A stretch of 63,992 bases of DNA, the filler included, from an uncultured Methanosarcinales archaeon (GTDB lineage: Archaea; Nanobdellota; Nanobdellia; Woesearchaeales; CAZKBD01): assembly GCA_964550945.1 (NCBI GenBank). It is 5 parts of 5 records of this genome, joined end to end, with 100 filler letters (N's around TTAATTAATTAA, not from the genome) between each part and the next. Parts side by side here need not be neighbours in the genome. Positions count along the whole stretch, not along the records: positions 14,521 to 28,735 come from CAZKBD010000047.1; 4 more parts are not named here. One strand, written 5' to 3'. Both the position numbers and the translations under genes were made by a program. The notes beneath the pieces are model-generated. The model searched no databases and was not told the origin of the DNA. It saw only the letters and a program-made list of their open reading frames with translations. Numbering within the stretch: the first letter of the stretch is position 1; each line of letters begins with the position of its first letter. Below, piece by piece: positions 19,427-28,835 of this stretch.

Positions 19427-20079
19427 GATTGTATTATTTTCTCGCTTTCTTTTGTTTTCTTCAGATAAGCCACTATATAACATCCTTGGTCTCCTCCCGC
19501 AATTGTTCTTCTAAGATGGACCTTGCTGTATCCTGAATTATTTGCTGCTATTGTTCCTATTATGTTGGATGTAAAAGTGCATAGCAAAGGAGCTTGTTTT
19601 ACTTTTGCTGTAAAAGGGCATTTATCAACTCTTAATATTATCTTATCGCTTCTTTTTTCCACAACCTTGAATTCTCCACCTATCTTGGTTTCCACATCAA
19701 TGATTGCATCTGCAATCTGGTCAACACTTAGTTTCTGGACATTATAGAATTGCTTGTAAATCTGCTCGATCTGCTTTGCGATTTTAATGCTGACTTCATG
19801 GATTATGGCTTTTGGATCTCCTTTGTCAAGGTTCTCTACTATGTCCAAAACAACATTCTCCAAAAATTTTTCCTTATTGATATTCATAGGGATGTACCAC
19901 AATTTTGCCATTCCAAGCTGCTTGAAATCAAGCAATGCTCTGGCCTTGATTATTTCCAGATATTTAGCTAGGGTCATTCTGTTAACATCAAGGTATTTTG
20001 CAAGTTCAGAAGAAGTAACCCCTATAGGGCTTTTTTTTACAAAATCCACAATCTTTTGTTCTATGTCTGAGTCAAACAT
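19423..20079 (-). CDS. HTH regulator with a V4R/MetOD1-like ligand domain
   Basis: N-terminal HTH (SSELAKYLDVNRMTLAKYL); C-terminal CPF...LC.FTSNIIG.IAA..GY.KV...IA.GD..C. Confidence 0.7.
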   Translation of the reverse strand: MFDSDIEQKIVDFVKKSPIGVTSSELAKYLDVNRMTLAKYLEIIKARALLDFKQLGMAKLWYIPMNINKEKFLENVVLDIVENLDKGDPKAIIHEVSIKIAKQIEQIYKQFYNVQKLSVDQIADAIIDVETKIGGEFKVVEKRSDKIILRVDKCPFTAKVKQAPLLCTFTSNIIGTIAANNSGYSKVHLRRTIAGGDQGCYIVAYLKKTKESEKIIQS

Positions 20080-20170
20080 AACTAGCTCCGTATATAATGA
20101 ACCCCTTAGGGCGATAAGGTTGAACAGCTTATATTTAAAGCTTACCATTATTGATTATCAATACTGCTTA

Positions 20171-20190
20171 AAAACCGAAAGGTTTATATA
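20171..20190 (+). promoter_or_regulatory. Archaeal BRE/TATA promoter
   Basis: AAAACCGAAAGGTTTATATA upstream of the membrane-protein pair. Confidence 0.65.
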
Positions 20191-20260
20191 GGTATTATAC
20201 GATAATCATCTCTAATAGCTGCCCCATTATGGGCATAAACAAAACAAGGAGGTCATCCAA

Positions 20261-20617
20261 ATGGAAAAGAAAATAGGCAATTACTCCTTCATTATAGGAG
20301 TGATACTTGCTATTATATTAGGCCTGGCATTGCCTCTAGGTGTAGGAACAACAGCAGTATTAACCTCAATATTGGTTGTACTAGGATTGATTGTTGGTTT
20401 CCTAAATGTTACCGGCAAAGAAACAACTGAATTTCTTACAGTAGCAACCATCTTAGTCATAGTTTCCTATGCTGGTGGAGCTGCAGGTAGCTTAGGCACA
20501 GTACAGGTCATAGGCAAATACTTAACAGGCATCTTCCAGGGCATAATGGCTTTGGTTGTTCCAGCAGCTGTTGTTGTTGGGCTTAAAGATGTATGGAGAT
20601 TAAGCCAAAACAATTAA
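20261..20617 (+). CDS. Small multi-TM membrane protein
   Basis: AGGAGGT SD; GLIVGFLNVTGKET motif; followed by a T-tract. Confidence 0.85.
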   Translation: MEKKIGNYSFIIGVILAIILGLALPLGVGTTAVLTSILVVLGLIVGFLNVTGKETTEFLTVATILVIVSYAGGAAGSLGTVQVIGKYLTGIFQGIMALVVPAAVVVGLKDVWRLSQNN

Positions 20618-20670
20618 ATTCTTCTTTTTTATTTTTTTAGTTTAGATTAAAACACAAAGGTGATGCAAAA

Positions 20671-21030
20671 ATGGACAAAGAAGGAAAAATGGGCGCATGG
20701 GCATTTATTATTGGAGTTGTAATCGCTTTGATATTGGGACTACTCCCAGCAAGCTTACAATCCATTGGCGTGCCTGTGCTGGTAATTATGGGATTGATTG
20801 TTGGTTTCCTTAATGTGACAGAAAAAGAAACCTCCCAGTATTTAATGGCTGCTGTGGCAATAATGATTGCCTTGTTTACAGCAGGAAGCGCTATTAGTGC
20901 GCAGCTAGAATCCCTTCCAACAATAGGCAAATATATGATTGGATTGTTAGGAAGCATCAATATGTTTGTCTTTCCAGCAACAATTGTTGTTGCTCTAAAG
21001 GCAATCTATGGTATATCTAAGCAAAAATAA
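20671..21030 (+). CDS. Small multi-TM membrane protein, paralogue of the upstream gene
   Basis: AGGTGA SD; GLIVGFLNVTEKET and the same C-terminal PA.IVV.LK. Confidence 0.85.
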   Translation: MDKEGKMGAWAFIIGVVIALILGLLPASLQSIGVPVLVIMGLIVGFLNVTEKETSQYLMAAVAIMIALFTAGSAISAQLESLPTIGKYMIGLLGSINMFVFPATIVVALKAIYGISKQK

Positions 21031-21033
21031 GAA

Positions 21034-21060
21034 TCTCTTTTTCTTTTATTTTTTTTTGTT
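21034..21060 (+). terminator. Archaeal oligo-T terminator candidate
   Basis: tctctttttcttttatttttttttgtt after the stop; a similar tract lies at 20620-20638. Confidence 0.5.
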
Positions 21061-21113
21061 AACCCTAGGGCGTTATAACAATCTATTTATACAAATTAAC
21101 CATTCTTAACTTT

Positions 21114-21851
21114 ATGCACATCCTAAAAGGCATAAAAATAGTTGACTTAGCCCTCTGCATAGGCAATAGCCTGATCATAGCAGACACCCATATTGGCTAT
21201 GAAGAAGCCATTAACAAGCAAGGGGTGCTAATACCAAGATTCCAATTCGATAAGATAATCAAAAGGCTAGAGAGAATATTCAAACAGCTCAATGCTGGCA
21301 AAAGTAATAAACTAAAAAAGATCATCATCAATGGCGACATAAAGCATGAATTTGGCGTTATTTCAGAAACAGAGTGGAGGCATACCATAAGGCTTCTTGA
21401 TTTTCTATTGCAATATTGTGAAGAAATCATCTTAATCAAGGGAAACCATGACACTATTCTCGGTCCAATAGCCAAAAAAAGGAATATAAAAATAGTGGAT
21501 TATCTTAGTATTGATGATAATCTCATTATGCATGGCGACAAATTAGCAGATAAGTTAAATATAGACAAGAAATTATTTAAGAGGATTAACACAATTATAA
21601 TCGGCCATGAACACCCTGCTGTTTCTATAAGGGAAAATGCCCGTGCAGAGCTGTTCAAGTGCTTTTTATTAGGCAAATACAAAGGCAAAAACCTGATTGT
21701 GCAGCCGTCATTCAACCTTGTGACAGAAGGAAGTGATGTATTAAAAGATAAGCTTTTGAGCCCTTTCTTAAAGCAGGATTTAAGTGATTTTGAGGTTTAT
21801 GTGGTTGCTGATAAGGTGTACAAATTTGGAAGAATAAAGAACCTCAGCTAG
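21114..21851 (+). CDS. Calcineurin-like metallophosphoesterase
   Basis: ADTHIG, NGDIKH, GNHD, MHGD, GHEHP. Confidence 0.9.
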   Translation: MHILKGIKIVDLALCIGNSLIIADTHIGYEEAINKQGVLIPRFQFDKIIKRLERIFKQLNAGKSNKLKKIIINGDIKHEFGVISETEWRHTIRLLDFLLQYCEEIILIKGNHDTILGPIAKKRNIKIVDYLSIDDNLIMHGDKLADKLNIDKKLFKRINTIIIGHEHPAVSIRENARAELFKCFLLGKYKGKNLIVQPSFNLVTEGSDVLKDKLLSPFLKQDLSDFEVYVVADKVYKFGRIKNLS

Positions 21852-22392
21852 AATAAATCTTTCCCAACAAATCAGATTTTGTAATAACTCCCTTTAAATT
21901 GCCATCTTCTGAGACAAGAATCAATGGATAAAACTTCAATAAATTAGAAATAACGCTGACTGGACTTTCTTTTGAGACTACAGGCGGACTTTCACCCATA
22001 ACATCTTTAACCTTCAATTTTTCCTTTTTGTCTAACATTGCTTCTAATATTATTGATTCTGAAACAATTCCGACAGATTTATGCTCTTCTACAACAGGCA
22101 TCTGGCTAATTCCAAATTTCTTCATTTTCTTTATCGCTTCAGTTAATTCGTCTTCTGGTTCTAAAAAAACAATTTTCTGAGTCATTATCTCCTCTGCCTT
22201 AAGCTCATGCTTTTTGCCAAGGTCGCTAAGTGCAGTGAATATTTTCTGGACCTTAGTATATGTTGGATCAATCCTTCCTGCTTCAATCTTGGCAATCAGA
22301 GACTGCGATACATTTGCCCTTCTAGCTAAATCGTTTTGCGTGATTCCTAATTTTTTCCTTATTTCCTTTATTTCTTCCAATTCAAAAGGCAT
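21844..22392 (-). CDS. XRE-HTH plus CBS-pair transcriptional regulator
   Basis: LGITQNDLARRANVSQSLIAKIEAG..DP; CBS motifs ISQMPV and GVITKSD. Confidence 0.9.
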   Translation of the reverse strand: MPFELEEIKEIRKKLGITQNDLARRANVSQSLIAKIEAGRIDPTYTKVQKIFTALSDLGKKHELKAEEIMTQKIVFLEPEDELTEAIKKMKKFGISQMPVVEEHKSVGIVSESIILEAMLDKKEKLKVKDVMGESPPVVSKESPVSVISNLLKFYPLILVSEDGNLKGVITKSDLLGKIYSS

Positions 22393-22536
22393 ATCAGTGA
22401 TAATAATCATTACCTATATTTATTATTTTCGGAATATGGGAGTAGTAAATTATTCCTTTGAGAATATTATTGTCAAGAATGTTTTTATAGGTTGCATCTA
22501 AAAGTGCTCATAGAGATCCTAAATGGAGGTACAAAA

Positions 22537-23700
22537 ATGGTAAAAAGATATACTGTAACATCTGAAAGCGTAACTGAGGGGCATCCTGATAAGATCTGCG
22601 ATAAGATATCTGACTCTGTATTAGACGAGTTGATAAAGCAGGATCCAAATTCCAGAGTTGCTATTGAATGCCTTACAACAACAGGCACGGTCCATGTTGC
22701 TGGAGAAGTAACAACAAGAGGCTATGCCGACGTGCAAAAGATAGTAAGAAATACATTAAGGGATATTGGATACACTGATCCTCTGTTTGGAATTGATTGT
22801 GATGATGCTGGGGTCTGGGTTTCAGTCCATGGCCAGAGCCCTGATATTTCGCAAGGAGTAACAGAAGGCCAGGGAGAGGACAAAGACCAGGGAGCCGGCG
22901 ACCAGGGTATGATGTACGGCTATGCATCTGATGAAACAGATGAGCTAATGCCCTTGCCAATAATGCTGGCTCATAAGCTTACTATGCGTTTGGCGTATGT
23001 GAGAAAAGAAGGAATAATCAAGAATATTGGGCCTGATGGAAAATCTCAGGTTACTGTCCTGTATGAAGATGATAAGCCTATAAAAGCAACTGATATTGTC
23101 ATAGCGCAACAGCATAAAGAGGACATATCTGAGGAAGAATTAAGAGAACAGATATTTGACCATGTAATACAGCCTATCTGCAGCAAATATATGGATGAAA
23201 ACACAAATATTCACGTGAATGCTACTGGCAGATTTGTTATTGGGGGCCCGGAAGGTGATACAGGAGTCACAGGAAGAAAGATAATTGTAGACACTTATGG
23301 CGGAGTTGGAAGGCATGGGGGCGGAGCTTTCTCAGGAAAAGACCCAAGCAAAGTAGACAGAAGCGCAGCATATATGTGCAGGTATGTAGCCAAAAATATA
23401 GTTGCATCAGGAATAGCAAAAAGATGCGAAGTGCAGCTTAGCTATGCCATTGGAGTTGCCCAGCCCACTAATGTAAATGTCCAGTGTTTTGGCACTAATA
23501 AGATTCCAGAAGAGAAAATTCAGGAGATAGTAAAGAAAACATTTGACTTGAGGCCCAAAGCTATAATACAAAACCTTGACTTGAAAAGGCCGATTTACTC
23601 AAAGACAGCTGCTTATGGCCATTTCGGAAGAAATGATCCTGACTTCACCTGGGAGATAACAGACAAAGCCAAGATAATAAGAAAAGAAGCTGGATTATAG
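22537..23700 (+). CDS. metK: S-adenosylmethionine synthetase (bacterial/eukaryotic type)
   Basis: [43 protein letters not shown]. Confidence 0.96.
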   Translation: MVKRYTVTSESVTEGHPDKICDKISDSVLDELIKQDPNSRVAIECLTTTGTVHVAGEVTTRGYADVQKIVRNTLRDIGYTDPLFGIDCDDAGVWVSVHGQSPDISQGVTEGQGEDKDQGAGDQGMMYGYASDETDELMPLPIMLAHKLTMRLAYVRKEGIIKNIGPDGKSQVTVLYEDDKPIKATDIVIAQQHKEDISEEELREQIFDHVIQPICSKYMDENTNIHVNATGRFVIGGPEGDTGVTGRKIIVDTYGGVGRHGGGAFSGKDPSKVDRSAAYMCRYVAKNIVASGIAKRCEVQLSYAIGVAQPTNVNVQCFGTNKIPEEKIQEIVKKTFDLRPKAIIQNLDLKRPIYSKTAAYGHFGRNDPDFTWEITDKAKIIRKEAGL

Positions 23701-23779
23701 AAAAATACCAAGACGACAAAGCCATTTTTTATTATCTTTATTAATTGATATTTTCTATCCCCCGGAGCGCACCTTGATT

Positions 23780-23908
23780 ACTAAAAAAGCATACCTCGAT
23801 TTTAATTGAGGATTGGTTTCCTTTTTTACAATCAACAACTCGCTGTATACCAATCACATGCTTTTCTTAGTTTCAACATACCTCGCCTTTAGGCGAGGTT
23901 GTTGATTT
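23780..23908 (-). mobile_element. Non-autonomous IS200/IS605-like palindromic mini-element overlapping the MFS 3' end
   Basis: TCAACAAC-CTCGCCTAAAGGCGAG-GTATG...GCGAGTTGTTGAT plus a second hairpin CCTCAATTAAAATCGAGG. Confidence 0.55.
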
Positions 23909-25057
23909 TATCGAAAAAAATATTATTGCCGCCACAGATATAACAGCTGCAAACATAAAAGCATAATTTGGATTAATTTTCCATAGATATCCAGCAACTA
24001 ATGATGCTGGTAAGTAGATTACTCCTGTTATAAAATTATAGAATCCTATTGCAGTGCCTCTTCTGGATATTTCTAGGTCTGAGATGTATGCCTTGCTCTG
24101 GCTTTCGTCAATTGCGTAGAATATGCCAAATACAAAAAATAATATCAATATTTCCATCTTTGTTGATGCAAATATGAACCATATGCTCATAATCGCATAA
24201 ACAATATATTCGAGATATACAATTTTCCTTCTACCTATATAATCTCCCAACAGCCCTATTGGTGCTGCGACGATTACAAATGATATATTGAAAAGAGCGT
24301 ACAACAGCACTATATCCTTTATTGCATAACCCACTATATATGCCTTTAACAATAGGAAACTGAAGCTAAAATATGCAAGGGAGAATATCCCTGCAGTATA
24401 CAGGTAATGCTTATATCCTCTACTTAAGTTTTTATAGGCCTTGAAGATGTTCTCCCTTTCAGTAGCCTTGATTGGATTTTCTTTTATGAAAAAAAGGAAT
24501 ACGACTGCTGCTATCGCAGGAATCAATGCTATCTTGAAGAGTAATGAAAAAGATTCCTTGCTTTGCCCCATCAAGCTAAGGATTAGATAGGCTATTAGCG
24601 GCCCAATTATCGCTCCTGATTTATCAAGCGCTTTATGAACGCCAAAAGACAATCCTCTATTCGCTTCTGTAGTCAATGAAGACAGCCATGCATCCCTGGG
24701 CGGCCCTCTGAATGATTTTCCAAGCCTTTCAACCACCCTGAACAATGAGGCTATAAATGAAGAATTCGCAAATATCAATATGCCTTTCGCGATTGCTGAA
24801 AACGTATACCCTATTCCTGTAAGCAATTTCCTCTTGCCTGTTCTGTCAGAGCTAACACCCGATATATAATCAAGTGATGATGATGCAAAATCTGCCAACC
24901 CTTCCACCAGCCCCAGTAATACTGTTGATGCTCCTAGAATTACAGTAAAAAATATTGAGAAAACCGCGAATATCATCTCTGAACTGACATCCGTGAGGAA
25001 ACTGACGATGCCTAATAGATATACATTAGTATTTATGCCAAGCAGGCGTTGTTTCAT
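23873..25057 (-). CDS. MFS transporter
   Basis: About 12 TMs; SDRTGKRK, ERLGK..RGPPRDA, GDYIGRR. Confidence 0.92.
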   Translation of the reverse strand: MKQRLLGINTNVYLLGIVSFLTDVSSEMIFAVFSIFFTVILGASTVLLGLVEGLADFASSSLDYISGVSSDRTGKRKLLTGIGYTFSAIAKGILIFANSSFIASLFRVVERLGKSFRGPPRDAWLSSLTTEANRGLSFGVHKALDKSGAIIGPLIAYLILSLMGQSKESFSLLFKIALIPAIAAVVFLFFIKENPIKATERENIFKAYKNLSRGYKHYLYTAGIFSLAYFSFSFLLLKAYIVGYAIKDIVLLYALFNISFVIVAAPIGLLGDYIGRRKIVYLEYIVYAIMSIWFIFASTKMEILILFFVFGIFYAIDESQSKAYISDLEISRRGTAIGFYNFITGVIYLPASLVAGYLWKINPNYAFMFAAVISVAAIIFFSIKSTTSPKGEVC

Positions 25058-25108
25058 AAAGGCACATGCATAATTAGCAGGTTAATAAATTTTGTGTACA
25101 ATTTTCTG

Positions 25109-25966
25109 TCAACCCGAGATTCTATACTTTTCAACCATATTAACAGGATTGTAGCTTAGCTTTGACTTACGCAATCCTGCTATGCCCAGGTCTTCCTCCC
25201 TGTTCAGGTATTTGAAATTTTTAGGTATTGCTTTCACAAATTCATGCAGAACATACTGGTATATGCCATTAAACTTTGTGTTCGCCTTCTCAAAATGCTC
25301 GACGAAAGTGCCATTATTTAATTTTTCTCCAATAGCAAAAGCTTCAATGTTTTTGTTTATGGCTACACAAACTCCAAAAAGATTAAACTCCTTAAAATGC
25401 GCGAGAGCTTCTTTTATTGCGATGTCTTCAGCTTGCAATTGCTCATCACTTACGCAATTTTTAATATTGCACCATTTTTCCTGCAGCGAAAAAAAAGAGT
25501 TGACTGTGTTTTCATCCAATATGCAGGTAGTAGGGTTATATTTCTTGCATTGATTGACAAAGTTCCTTTTTGCTGAGTATTTAGTGCCTGGCAACTTGAT
25601 TAGTTCGTCTATAGAATAGATATAATCAAACATCTCTCGCTGTTGTGTTATATTCAACTCTCCTGACAGTTTTGCAGCTACTCTCTTCTCCACCCTTTCA
25701 AACACTAGATTTGGTGAAAGTTTTAGTATTTTTTCTATTACCGACCAAGGATATTCGCCAATTGGCTGGTATAAAATAGCCTCTCCTTTAGAAAAGGAGG
25801 ATACCAAAAGGTGGTTATCAAAGATGGTATGCCTGTGTTTATAATGGCCTTTCCACGCAAAGAGATTTGTAAAAGTGAATTCTGATGCTTCAGGCTGATA
25901 ACTATCAAAGAATTTGTCAAATATGGCCCGGTCATTAAGCCCAAGCGATTTAAAATTAATGCCCAT
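25109..25966 (-). CDS. DUF2156 / phosphatidylglycerol-lysyltransferase C-terminal-like protein
   Basis: SEFTFTNLFAW, FDYIY..EL..L.G.KY..KRN, HFEKA, NREEDLG..GLRKSKLSY.P. Confidence 0.85.
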   Translation of the reverse strand: MGINFKSLGLNDRAIFDKFFDSYQPEASEFTFTNLFAWKGHYKHRHTIFDNHLLVSSFSKGEAILYQPIGEYPWSVIEKILKLSPNLVFERVEKRVAAKLSGELNITQQREMFDYIYSIDELIKLPGTKYSAKRNFVNQCKKYNPTTCILDENTVNSFFSLQEKWCNIKNCVSDEQLQAEDIAIKEALAHFKEFNLFGVCVAINKNIEAFAIGEKLNNGTFVEHFEKANTKFNGIYQYVLHEFVKAIPKNFKYLNREEDLGIAGLRKSKLSYNPVNMVEKYRISG

Positions 25967-26011
25967 ATGATGTCAGGGGTATAGAACATTATTTAAATAA
26001 TGTGTTATCTC

Positions 26012-27352
26012 ATGCCAGTTATGGCTGAATCAAAACTAGATGGGTTTATAAAGAATCCCAGGAGATCGCTGATTTCAGTAAGTATTCCTGTGATAGCTGC
26101 TGCGGTTGTTGAAACATTATACAATCTTGTTGATACATTTTTTGTTGGAAAGCTAGGCCCTGAAGCTTTAGCAGCAATCACTTTTTCCTGGCCATTTTTC
26201 TTCATACTTGTCGCAATCAGCCTGGGCATTAACTCAGGCATTAGTTCAAGGATAGCGCGATTCTTAGGGGAAAAGAACAAAAGCCAGGCTGAGAACACGG
26301 CATTGCATGGTTTAGTTCTTGCCTTGATCTCTTCATTAGCAATTGCGATTGTGTCTATCCCATTCCTAGACACTATATTTAAGCTGTCAGGAGCATCAGG
26401 CGAAGTAATGAAAATGGCATCGTCATATATGTTTATTATTTTGCTTGGTGTGGTGTTTATGTTCCTGTCATACGCTATAAACAGCATATTTTCAGCGCAG
26501 GGCGACACAAAGACTGCAATGAAGATAGACATATACTCCCTGGCGTTGAATATAATTTTGGCCCCCATCTTTATCTTTGTGTTAGGTATGGGCATTAAGG
26601 GCGCTGCCTTAGCAACTTCAGTTGCTGTTTTGTTTGCATTTATCCAGTCAATATACTATTTATCAAAAGTTTCTTATTTGAGGCTTAACTTCAGATCGTT
26701 TAGGTTTTCTTCAGAAATCCTTAAAGATATAACTAAAGTAGGGTTTCCTTCCACTCTTATGATGCTGGTTATGTCGTTTTATATCATATTCTTAAACAAG
26801 GCAATGGCCCATTTTAGCGTTAATCATGTTGCTGCTTTTGGTGTGGTAAGCAGGCTTGAAAGTGTTGCAATTCTCCCCATATATGGCCTTTCTATTGGTG
26901 CAATGACTTTAGCAGGGATGTTTTATGGGGCTAAAGCGTATAACCTTCTTAAAGATGTAAGCTGGTACGCTGTACGTATAAGCATAATCATTGCGTCGGT
27001 GATTGGCATAGTTTTTTTTATTTTTCCTCAATTTTTTATCAGCATATTTACTGCTGATGCTGAGGTTATAAAAATTGGAATTCCATACATGATGCTGGAT
27101 GTCTTCACATTTCCAGCTATGGCCATAACAATGATCACAAGCAGAATACTGCAGGGATTTGGCTATGGTATGCCCGGCCTGGTCATAAACGTTGTTCGCG
27201 TCTTTGTGATTGCAGTTCCTTTATCTTATTTTTTTGTTTTCATGATGGGTTATGAGTATCTCTCTATAGCCATAGCAATGATTCTTGGAGGATTAATTGC
27301 TACAGTCTTGAGCATATATTGGCTGAACAAGCATTTAAGACAATCTTTTTGA
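26012..27352 (+). CDS. MATE family efflux transporter
   Basis: LYNLVDTFFVGKLG..ALAA, GDTKT, GIKGAALAT. Confidence 0.93.
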   Translation: MPVMAESKLDGFIKNPRRSLISVSIPVIAAAVVETLYNLVDTFFVGKLGPEALAAITFSWPFFFILVAISLGINSGISSRIARFLGEKNKSQAENTALHGLVLALISSLAIAIVSIPFLDTIFKLSGASGEVMKMASSYMFIILLGVVFMFLSYAINSIFSAQGDTKTAMKIDIYSLALNIILAPIFIFVLGMGIKGAALATSVAVLFAFIQSIYYLSKVSYLRLNFRSFRFSSEILKDITKVGFPSTLMMLVMSFYIIFLNKAMAHFSVNHVAAFGVVSRLESVAILPIYGLSIGAMTLAGMFYGAKAYNLLKDVSWYAVRISIIIASVIGIVFFIFPQFFISIFTADAEVIKIGIPYMMLDVFTFPAMAITMITSRILQGFGYGMPGLVINVVRVFVIAVPLSYFFVFMMGYEYLSIAIAMILGGLIATVLSIYWLNKHLRQSF

Positions 27353-27421
27353 TCCATTTTAGAATCACGCCTTTTTTCCAGTAAAATTTATAAACTAAAG
27401 ACCACATTTAAGCTAATTGGG

Positions 27422-27556
27422 ATGGCTAATCAAAAATCTTTAGATAATCTGGAAAAGGAAGAGAAAATTACTAAATGCCCCGAATGTGGAAGCAAAAATC
27501 TAGATAGAAAAGGGGATGAAAGATTCTGCAAGAAATGCGGCCTTGTTATTGAATGA
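27422..27556 (+). CDS. Stand-alone TFIIB-type zinc-ribbon protein (44 aa)
   Basis: Read by hand: MANQKSLDNLEKEEKITKCPECGSKNLDRKGDERFCKKCGLVIE; TTTATAAA upstream. Confidence 0.75.
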   Translation: MANQKSLDNLEKEEKITKCPECGSKNLDRKGDERFCKKCGLVIE

Positions 27557-28003
27557 TCATTGCGTATCTTCGTCTGTCCCGTATTCTGTAACTTCACTCA
27601 TCTCCTGTTTTGCCCCTTCCTTTTTAACCGGCTTATGCCTGTGTATGTGTGCAAAACTTGGAACAGCCGCTATCCAGTCTTCACCAAAGCCCGCAATGTC
27701 TCCTTCTATTGCGTCGCACGTCTTTTTTAGCTTGTTAATGGCTCGCTTCAATTCAACAATATCCTTGTCTCTCAATGGCTTGATATTGATTAAAGCTATT
27801 GTGCGGCCCTCTCTCAAAGAATCCAGAATTCCTTTAATATGCTCAAAATCTTCAATAATAAACGGCCTGACAATAATCTTTGATTTCATCTCTTCTGGCT
27901 CAGTGCCTAATTCAACATACCCCTCTTCATTTGCTTCATCCAGTATGTCAGAGCTATCATCAGAACTAAGACTCTTCTTCAACCTTGAAAAAAAACCTTT
28001 CAT
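27557..28003 (-). CDS. sepF: Cell division protein SepF
   Basis: ILDSLREG..IALINI..L....ELKRAINKLK.....GDIAG....I..VP. Confidence 0.85.
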   Translation of the reverse strand: MKGFFSRLKKSLSSDDSSDILDEANEEGYVELGTEPEEMKSKIIVRPFIIEDFEHIKGILDSLREGRTIALINIKPLRDKDIVELKRAINKLKKTCDAIEGDIAGFGEDWIAAVPSFAHIHRHKPVKKEGAKQEMSEVTEYGTDEDTQ

Positions 28004-28169
28004 TTGAAAATCCCTCCCAGTAAGTTTCTATCCAGAAATGGAAACTATCATCTATATAAATCTTTTGTTTTTGTATTCGCTTGTCGGCAAATGCTCCCAA
28101 TAGCATTATTTCCGTAACATTTAAATAGGGGTGGAGATTCACTTGGTTATTATTTCGCGGGGTGTTTTT

Positions 28170-28397
28170 ATGGTTGAGGCATCAAGACCTTTAGATACAT
28201 TAAATCGAGCAAGAGACAGACAAATTATTGTTGAGCTTAAGAACAATAAGCAGTATGTAGGCAAGCTTAAGGCATTTGACATCCATATAAATGTCGTCCT
28301 TGAGGATGCTGAGGAAAGAGAAGATGGCCAGGTCAAAAGAAAATTAGGCGTAATATTTATCAGAGGAGATACAATAACAGTAATATCACCTGCTTAA
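28170..28397 (+). CDS. Sm-like archaeal protein (SmAP/LSm)
   Basis: RPLDTL...VELKN...G.L.AFD.H.N.VL.DAEE...IRGD; conserved linkage to L37e. Confidence 0.93.
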   Translation: MVEASRPLDTLNRARDRQIIVELKNNKQYVGKLKAFDIHINVVLEDAEEREDGQVKRKLGVIFIRGDTITVISPA

Positions 28398-28410
28398 AAG
28401 CTGATTTAGA

Positions 28411-28572
28411 ATGAAAGGAACTTATTCTATGGGTAGGAAATCCGGCGAGAAGAACATGATATATTGCCGGAGATGCGGAAAAAGGACATATCACATAAGG
28501 AAAAAGAAATGCTCCAGCTGCGGCTATGGCAAAAGCGCCAGATTAAGAAGCTATAACTGGCAGAAGAAATAA
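28411..28572 (+). CDS. rpl37e: 50S ribosomal protein L37e
   Basis: Read by hand: MKGTYSMGRKSGEKNMIYCRRCGKRTYHIRKKKCSSCGYGKSARLRSYNWQKK. Confidence 0.95.
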   Translation: MKGTYSMGRKSGEKNMIYCRRCGKRTYHIRKKKCSSCGYGKSARLRSYNWQKK

Positions 28573-28610
28573 TCCTAAAATTTTTATATTATCATCTATT
28601 AGCTCATTCC

Positions 28611-28735
28611 ATGAAGCTGGTATTCTACACAAAAGGCATTGAGTTCAATGGCAACACCCTAAATGAAAGAGCGCTAGGCGGAACAGAGACTGCCCTTATC
28701 TATATCGCTAAAGAATTAGCTAAACTAGATTTCAA
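28611..28735 (+). CDS. Glycosyltransferase (GT4-like) N-terminus, truncated by contig end
   Basis: MKLVFYT...LGGTETALIYIAKELAK. Confidence 0.6.
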
Positions 28736-28835
28736 NNNNNNNNNNNNNNNNNNNNNNNNNNNNNNNNNNNNNNNNNNNNTTAATTAATTAANNNNNNNNN
28801 NNNNNNNNNNNNNNNNNNNNNNNNNNNNNNNNNNN
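28736..28835. other. Artificial contig linker
   Basis: N-run with TTAATTAATTAA. Confidence 0.97.

Noticed and set aside
22440..22536. SAM riboswitch upstream of metK
   Set aside because: The leader after the TATA is short and shows no recognisable SAM-I/II/III or SAM-SAH core.
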